Program-made: the position numbers and the translations under genes
NCBI GenBank assembly: GCA_012295275.1
Contig: CM022670.1
Span: 17,546,001-17,610,000, forward strand
Direction of reading: 5' to 3'
Length of the DNA: 64,000 nt
Source: Chrysomallon squamiferum
Taxonomy: Eukaryota; Animalia; Mollusca
Notes under the pieces: model-generated
The model's database searches: none
Seen by the model: only the letters and a program-made list of their open reading frames with translations
Told to the model about the DNA's origin: nothing
Part shown: one piece after another, positions 38,296 to 64,000 of the stretch
Layout: each line of letters opens with the position of its first letter
Numbering within the stretch: position 1 is the stretch's first letter

Positions 38296-38851
38296 GTTTA
38301 ACAAAAAAAAAAATCTTTTGATTTTTTGTGGGTTTTTTTGCGATTTATTCCAATCACCATAGCACATAAGCTTTACAATAAAAACAAGTCGAAATGTTTC
38401 TAAGTGAAATGTGATAAAGAATTTCTAAATGTTTTCTGAAATACAAATGCATGTAGTCACTAAATATTTGTTTGAATGACACAGCAAAATGTCTTATTTC
38501 ATCATGCTGTAGTTTTCAGCTTTATTTATAACTTGAATTTAATAAACAAGTTTACTACTTTGAAACAGAATCATACAAACATTAGAAGGCAGGGTACATA
38601 AAGCAGGTCCACAAAATGTAAATAAACTAAAATATGAGAATACACAACATAAAGCAGATACATATTGAACAAAATCTTAAATCCAATGTCTTTTTCCTGG
38701 CAAACCAGAATGGTAATAGCCAATCTAAATTAGAAGGTTGTTTTTTCATGTTTGTTTCTTGGTCTGGAACAATAACATCCTATTTACACAATGTCCATCT
38801 GTATTTGTCACAATTTCCAAATGAATTTCAATTTGTATTTTTTAATTTTTT

Positions 38852-56330
<17,479 letters not shown>

Positions 56331-58559
56331 GCTGGCTTTTCAACTGAAGCCCACCAGTGTTTCACCTGTCACAACAAATTTAAACATTTTATTAATCTGC
56401 CCCAGTAGTCAGTCTACAATAAATTAAATTGTCTTTTTTAATAGCCTATCTGGGGTTTTTTGTGTTATATACATTTTACACCAGCGATTATGTTATGTGT
56501 CAGTATAATGTTAAATCTTAATTGAAATAAAAATAAATTTTCCTACTATGGTCACTAAATTTATAATAAAATTGTAATTCCAGTAACAAACTCGGTTTTT
56601 GGTTGTTGTTTTCTTTAAATTGAAACATAAGAAAAACTTATCCATTATTTAAAGAGGGAAAAATAAATTTATACTATGAATATCCAGTGACTGACCTCCT
56701 TTGAATGAGCATGGTACATCTGCATTTAGACTGCAATCTTTGATTTAGTGTTACTGTTCTGAATTCTAGTAAATCCTATAGTGGCAATATACCAAAAAAA
56801 TTCAACTGGGCCCAGCTCTTTCAGAAGGTTCCCTAGCAGTGTCTAGATGCATGGCAGTAATTTAAATAACTGATTTTAATCTCCCACCCCCTAAAGCATT
56901 TCTTTCTATAAACGACCTTCATAGAAAGGTAACCTGTCTGTAGAGGCCAGTGACTCTATTTTGTATCAAAAACTGTCAACTGAACAATAAAAACATTTCA
57001 ACATTTGCAAACTGTACCAGGTTCTGCCAATCATAATTGAAAAACACCATACTAATTTTTCTGATACAATAGGACGTAATTTGACTGAATTTTGGTTGTC
57101 ACTTTCAAGGCACAGTTAAGAGCTGAATATATGTCATGCTACCATTGATTATTAATAACTTAATCTTAACTGTTATAACTGCATTGTGTAATTGCATTAT
57201 GCTAATTAACTGATGATCAAAATCTTAAATTAAAAGCCAAAATGCTGTAAGATTGGTTCTGTTAAGATTATTATTATTTGGTTTTAATGGCTGTTTATTG
57301 GGTACTAAATAATCATACTTTACTGCGGGATCAGTTTTACATTACATTTTGTTAACAGCTTTTAATAAATGCACTATCTTCATGTTAATTTCAGCGTAAT
57401 TTCTTATGCAAAATGTCACTGAAAAATCACTGCTTTAACATTACAAAAAGAATTGATGTTACTGAAACAAAACTGAACAAGGATATTTAAGTGCAGGAAT
57501 GAATGCCAGTCATTTTGGTGTCAGTTTTAAACAGTTGTTTCAATGCATGTGGAAGGACTTGGAAAACAAATCATAATTTTGCTTAAGTGAATAAAGGCCT
57601 TTTCTGCAGTATTTATTTTATTTTCTTAGAAAATAAAAATGTTATTTTTTTTTTTTACAAACACATTAATACTTCTGTATGTTAATACTTAATTAATGCA
57701 TAGAAGTTGTAATGATCACCAATTTATAACAGCCACTTATATGAAGTAGTGGGTGGCCATTATACACAGGTTTGAATATTATTAAAGAACATATTAATAA
57801 TTCATACCAATACATTTATACAAAATACATTTTCACTTCAATGTTCCTAAAATAAATTTGTAATAGTATTTCTTGGATTAGTTTTCACATTTTATAAGCT
57901 CCCATGTAAAGTAGCACACAATTAATAACATCCAGTAACTGGAACATTATAATTATAACAATGTTGCTTTTTAAACTACTGAGTGTAAAAGAAAAACTGG
58001 TTGATATTATTACAAAATGAGTTTAGGCAATTTTATATAAATCATAACAAATTATTATGCTGACAAAACATAAATCAAAACAAACTTCACAATTACCAAT
58101 CGTAATGACTTTTTTGTATTTTATTGATAAATTTCGATTAGTTTTTTTTTCTAAATTATTTACTTAATTTGGTGATTCAGTTTACTATTCGCCTGTTGAT
58201 AAGGAGATGTTATCCACTATCAAGGATTTTATTTTATTCTTAAGACTTTCCAATTTTAAGAGTTTACGTATCACAGATCTGAGTTCAGTGATCCAATTCT
58301 AATCTCGATCTTTTGATTCGGTTATCGGTTTAAGTTTAGATGCATATATGATATAATCAGGCTGCACAGTATCATTTGAAAAATAACAATTTGTTTTTGG
58401 ATAAACTAGTTCTGTACCGAAACGGTGTAAAAGTGCAGATATGGGTTGTACGAAAAAAACAGAAGTGACAACGATCGTCATTATGATAAGCCATATCAAG
58501 ACTGCTGAACAAAGCAATTAATATTAGCTCCTGTTTTAAAACCTATACAACAGAATTAG

Positions 58560-58870
58560 TTTATTGTGCGCGACACCGCAAGCCTAATATCTCGCGACCA
58601 ATATTACAGACACACGTAATCCCATTACTCAGTCTTACCACTAGTAAATAAGATGTCAGTGCCGGTAACAATGAGAATTTTTCCGTCCTGAAATGGCTGA
58701 ACGAACCTTGATGCGCATTCTTTTGCGCATTCGCCCTTTTACAATACTAATATCTTTGAATTCGTTACGTTTATTTGACGACGGTTTGCCAGTATATTAT
58801 GTCAGAAGTTATCTACCTTGCTCATGTCGATCTCCAATCAACAAGCAGACATCGAAGCGGTTTCTTTGAT
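58560..58870. promoter_or_regulatory. Divergent brahma/SPICE1 promoter region with NRF1-like sites
   Basis: CpG-rich patch in otherwise CpG-poor DNA. TGCGCATTC occurs twice (58712-58720 and 58724-58732), and 58724-58734 TGCGCATTCGC matches TGCGCATGCGC at 10/11. TCTCGCGA is present at ~58590. Confidence 0.6.
58639..58710 (-). other. Putative non-coding first exon (5' UTR) of brahma
   Basis: The ATG-containing exon begins at an acceptor (ACAG, exon start 56365), so an upstream exon is needed. A G|GTAAG donor at 58637-58638 lies in the CpG-rich zone. The 5' end is uncertain. Confidence 0.55.
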
Positions 58871-59712
58871 TTTCATTAATTAATTTTTATATAATTTTAA
58901 TATTTTCTTGTTATTATAGCCATTGTTTTATTTTAATAAATTTTTTGAATAATTTAAACACAACTAAATTATATATAAATTTACTTGGTTTTGCGATTAA
59001 TTTTGTAGTTGTACGTTAACATCAGATTTTGAGATTCTCATCATTCTGCATTTACCAGACATGTTCGTACAAGTTTAACTTTTTGTAATTCGCAACCTGC
59101 AGTGGCTTATATTATCGGTAAAGTTACACATGACAGAATAATATCTGAATGCTGTTATTTTAAATGATCATCTTTATAAAATTTGAGCGAATATAATAAG
59201 ACACGTAACCCATCAACAATGACTATATGATATATATTATATCCTGTAATTGTAAATATATGTATACTCAGGGTATCGGTGTTGTTGTTATTACTGGCAA
59301 AGACAACATAATATATATACATGATTAAAATATAAAAATTGTTTGTTTCTGGATACTGTAACATTTTACCTTTTTAATGCAGTATGGGTTTTGACGCAGA
59401 ACGTGTAACTGTAAGTGAGTACCATAAAAATAGATAGAAGTGGTCGTGGCTTAATTGTTTAATCGTGTTAAGACTGTCAGCAGATGGCAATGTTTTGTGC
59501 AGTTTGTGAGTGAAATTCATTGTGAAACTTTGGAGATATTCTTTAAATGTACTTCAGCTGAAAAGATGCCATTTTTCAAACAAATTAAAATCTAAAAAGG
59601 ATATTTTGTCTGAGATGGTTGGTTTTTAATTGTTCTGTTATATTACAGAGTTTGGAATTGGATGAGACTGTCAATCCACTGAAGAAGAGCAGGTAAACAT
59701 ACAAACTTTACA

Positions 59713-62700
59713 ATGTCTTTCATAAGAGCTGGAAACCGCAGTCGAATTGTAAGCCGCAAAAAAGCAAGACCTGCCAAGAAACCTGGTTGGGATGTATGTG
59801 ACATTTTTATTACATCATTTTTTTTTTTTTTTAATACTTTTTTGCTATTATAATGTTTGTTCAGCAATTTTCATATTGAGAAAACTAATTCAAATCTTTT
59901 GCTGGAAGCTCATTAGATTGACGATATGAAGATACAAATATGCTAGTATAAAAACACAAGATGATTTACATTTTTGTCATGATCATGAAAGTATGAAAAA
60001 TGTTTAAAGGTTGATTAATATAAAATTAAAGTTTCCTGAATACGTGCCAGAAAGACTTAGATATATAGAATCCGTTATTAATGTCAGGTTAATGTGAATG
60101 AGAATGAATGTATGTGTTGAATAACTGTATGTTATTTACATATAAATATGGTTTTCAAATATGTATTTCAGAGCACTATACATGATCTGTCTGTTTATAA
60201 ACCAACAAAAGAAGAAATGGTAAATATAAATATTAAAAAATAAATACCTCTGTATTTAATATGTTTCTCAGATTTCTCAGAATCATTTGATATCAACAAG
60301 AAATAAAAAACTGCACTTAAAAGTCCCTTTTTATTTGTAATAGTTGCAAAAAGATAAATACCTACCTGATTGTAATTACACATTTACCTACCTGATTGTA
60401 ATTACACATTTCTTTGTGTCAGATTTTGTTCTTATACACCTATTTGGCACCTGTTAAAGCTAATTAAATTATAATTAGCTGTTTTTAGACATCCTGGAAG
60501 TTACTCTTAGCTTTATTTCACCATAATGACAAAAAAGAAATGGCTTTAAATATTTACATTCTGTTTCATTTTGAACTGTCTTCTGTCAATTAATTTTTTC
60601 AGTTAGAACGAAGGATAAGACACCAGTCTAAGAATCATATGTCTGTTAAATTGGAAAACATGAGAAAAGGTAAAAATAATTATTGTTACTAATAACTGAT
60701 CAGTATAAAACCAAGCAGGATTAACTGATTTCAGATGATTTATGATGTTTTATTTCTGAATTTCTGTGTGTTACTTTCAATACTTGTATAATTCATGAAG
60801 ATGATCAAAAAAGAAAAAGATAGCCTTTTCATCTCATAATTTCAGTGTATGTTGTTAATGTGATAAATACAAGTTAATAACAAAAGGATAATTAATATAT
60901 ATATAAATGTGTATGGGCATGGGCAACCTTTTTCGAGAAGTGGGACACATGAGACATGGCTCATCTTCAGGTACTAATTTAGGCAATTTTGTGTTTTTAC
61001 AAAGAGTTTAATTTATGAATTTTTTCATTTTCATTTACTTCAGGAACTGTTGTAATAAAAAAATGACATGTGTTTTAGTAAATTAGTAGATAGAAAATAG
61101 ACTCATTTTGTAAAATGTGAATTAACGTTATTTTCCTTGTGAAATTTGGTGGGCCATTCAGAAAGCTGCATGGGCTGCAGTTTGCCGATGATACTTTGAA
61201 ATGTAGAAACAATTTGTTAATGCTTCTCTGTAAATGATATTGTTTACACATCAAGTCTTTGTTGAAATTAATAGGCAGACCTTGCAGTGTTTCATTCATA
61301 CTTTTCAGATCAGTCAAAAAAAGACAAGACAATGTTGCCTGCAGACATGCGTAAAATGGCCATCATCAAAGAGATTCTATATGACCAGAATCAGGTATTG
61401 TATTAGTTTTCAAATTTAAATATTCCAGTATGATGTAAACCAACAGCCTAAATTGATCTGTACAACTCCAAATGAGTTTTAAAGCAGAAGAGTAGAGATG
61501 TGAATATTTGTATTCTTCAGATAATTGTTTTATTGAATTCTGAAACCAACTTTTCCTTAAAATAAGCCTAAGCAACAATGAAATATGCCAGAAAAATTAC
61601 AAACTGATTGTAATGGAATATATGTTTTAATGTGAAAAATATTTCTCAGTATAATAATCTTAATATTTTCAGCTTCAGGAAACCCTTGCCAAGTCAGACA
61701 AAATGATGGCAGTTGTTAAGGATCTGTTTGGCGATGAACCTAAGGTTGTTGTTTTGGGGTTTTTTCATTTTAATACATAACTTTCATATTTTGATTCTGT
61801 ACATATGCATACACACACTCTCACACTCACACACACACATGCACGCACGCAAATTCGTGTGTGTGTATGTGTATGTATGCATATGTACAGAATTCCACTG
61901 TCCAGATATTATTCCATTGCCTCTTTATTTATGTGTGTGTATGAAAATAAATAAAACATAAGAATAATTGTACTTCTTTCTTTTGTAATTTTATCTCTGA
62001 ATATTTACATTTTAATACTCTGAAAATTACAATATAAAAAATTGGAAATATTTGCTAAACATACTCCATACTTTTTAATTTTTTTTTTTTTTCTTGGTAT
62101 TTAAGAATAATCTGTAGTTTTCTTAAATTTTTATTACTTTTTGAAGTTTATATACTTCTTTTTTTTTATTGGTTATTGTAGCGATATACTGGATTTCCAA
62201 ATGTTACATCTGCATCAACAAATTATGAAGACCATAAAAGGTATAATTTTTAAAATTTTAAAATTGATTACTGAAAATGTTAGTGCTCAGATTCAGAATT
62301 AGAATATTTATTTAAAGTAATGATAATAATAAAGTAAAAATAAATATTGAATAGTTTAATACAATTCAAAGATTAATTATAATAGGTATGCTATTTTAAT
62401 GAAAATAAACATAAAATAAATTTAAAAAAATAAAATAAAATAAAATTTAGTAACAATAAAATAAAAACAATAAATTAAAATACCACTGTATAAAAGCTTT
62501 ATGGAAATGGGTAACATTTTATTATAATCTGACTTCATGACTTACCTATTTGTGTTAATTTTTTTTTAAATTCTAGCTTTGTGGCACCTGTACCTGAAAT
62601 ATATACTCGGATGGATGCTCTCAGTGACTCTGTGACAAATCCCACCCCTCTTAATGAGTATCATGGTTCTGAATCAGGTAGGTCACGTCAAATATTTGTA

Positions 62701-63235
62701 TCTTAATTTGATCAAATATATTATATAAGAAATTTTGTTTTTATGATATCAGTTTGTTTCATTGTTTTAACCATGAAACCTTTGTTTTTCTTTGTTAGTT
62801 AAATCAACAGAAGAAAAACAAAGCATTCTTTGCAGTTGGTTAAATCACATAATCTGCAAATGTTTGCGGTGACTAACTGAAGCATAAAAATATTTTTATC
62901 AAGAGATGTATCATAAATCATTGTGTTTAGCAGATGTCACTGAATATGAATTTCCAAAAACATATAATTAGTCTGATAACTCGCATAAATGAATTTTGTA
63001 GACAAATATTTTTCAAAGATGTATTTTCTTCCAGATGAAGACACTTCAGCTGTTGATCCTATTATCTTTGAACCAAAGATGAATCTGCAGAGATTTCAAC
63101 AATTTATAGAATCTGAAGAAGAGAAAAATCAGACATTGAGTTCAATCAGTGGACCAAATCAAGTCAGTCGCTGTGACATTGGTCCTGCTCAGAGTACACG
63201 TATACAGGACAGTCGCAGCATTCAAAATTCACAGG
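59713..63235 (+). CDS. SPICE1: Spindle and centriole-associated protein 1 (SPICE1/CCDC52) homolog; first 8 coding exons, continues beyond the right edge
   Basis: Exons 59713-59793, 60172-60219, 60603-60669, 61309-61394, 61673-61744, 62182-62240, 62577-62677, 63035-63235, with consistent phases. The translation MSFIRAGNR...KKPGWDSTIHDLSVYKPTKEEMLERRIRHQSKN...KMAIIKEILYDQNQLQETLAKSDKMMAVVKDLFGDEPKRYTGFPNVT parallels the SPICE1 N-terminus as I recall it (MSFVR...EWDNTVTDLTVH...HKSKN...IMKEILSDQ...TGFPNVT). Confidence 0.88.
60359..60410. repeat. Perfect 26-bp tandem duplication in a SPICE1 intron
   Basis: TACCTACCTGATTGTAATTACACATT at 60359-60384 and 60385-60410. Confidence 0.95.
61794..61893. 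repeat. 100-bp fold-back element with perfect 20-bp terminal inverted repeats
   Basis: ATTCTGTACATATGCATACA (61794-61813) and TGTATGCATATGTACAGAAT (61874-61893) enclose (CA)n and (TG)n arms. Confidence 0.85.
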
Positions 63236-64000
63236 GTAAACAATTATTTAAAAAAAAAAGTAAATTGTGTGGGTATGTATGTATGTATGTATATGTTGTG
63301 TAGATAAGTGTGTGTATGCATGTCTTTGTACAGTGGACTCATCAAAAACCAGCCTTTGAAGGCTTAATAAACAATGATGCCATGCTTCTTGCATTTGCTA
63401 AATACAGCTAAATGAACAAGATTATTATTAGTCTTTATTGATATCTAGGTGAATTCACTCATTTAGTTTTGCACATTTTGCGTTCTTATATGGAATTTGT
63501 TGTAATGGTAGATCAATCTAAAAAACAGCATTATATCAAACTTTTAATGCACTCTAAAGAGACATTATTTGAATCAAATCCACTGTGTAAACAGAAAGAT
63601 TTAGCTATGCAGATTAAAACTTAGAACCATTACCAGCAATTGTATAAAAACAATATTTTGGCAGAGAGAAAACAAGTAACAACAGGCTTTCTTAAAATGA
63701 TTAAACAAATAAAACAATTTGCAGCTACTACTGAAAGCAGACTTGCACCCATTGTTAAACATGGAGGCCATGACGTATGAGAGAATTGTGCAGAAAGTGC
63801 AATCATCAGTGACAGACTATTTCTCTGCTGATGTTTAACTGTAACATTTGTACTTATTTTAATCTTTCTAAATGGGCATATCTTGTTTGTCCCAAGTGAA
63901 TCCTGTTTTGGCAGTCCACTATACATGTATATATGTACACAGTGGTCAGTGTATATATATATATGTATGTGTGTGTTTTCATATCTGCTGCAGTGGGAAC

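Overview
AT-rich, intron-dense animal genomic DNA from an invertebrate (a mollusc-like lineage is a guess). It is not prokaryotic, and I found no CRISPR, rRNA or tRNA. I assembled five spliced protein-coding genes by hand from splice sites with consistent reading phases. (1) The 5' part of a laminin alpha-3/5 (LanA-type) gene: minus strand, 18 exons, running off the left edge. (2) PAIP1: minus strand, 11 exons, complete. (3) BRX1/BRIX1: plus strand, 10 exons, complete, head-to-head with PAIP1. (4) The brahma/SMARCA2/4 SWI/SNF ATPase: minus strand, 33 coding exons, tail-to-tail with BRX1. (5) The 5' part of SPICE1/CCDC52: plus strand, head-to-head with brahma, running off the right edge. Most notable are an apparent 1-bp deletion frameshifting brahma coding exon 8, a required GC-AG intron in brahma, and three decayed tandem copies of exon edges inside the adjacent introns. 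Also of note are a candidate alternative last exon giving a PAM2-only PAIP1, back-to-back poly(A) signals of BRX1 and brahma, NRF1-type motifs in both divergent promoters, and several fold-back hairpins. No new biological system is demonstrated; the novel items are testable hypotheses.
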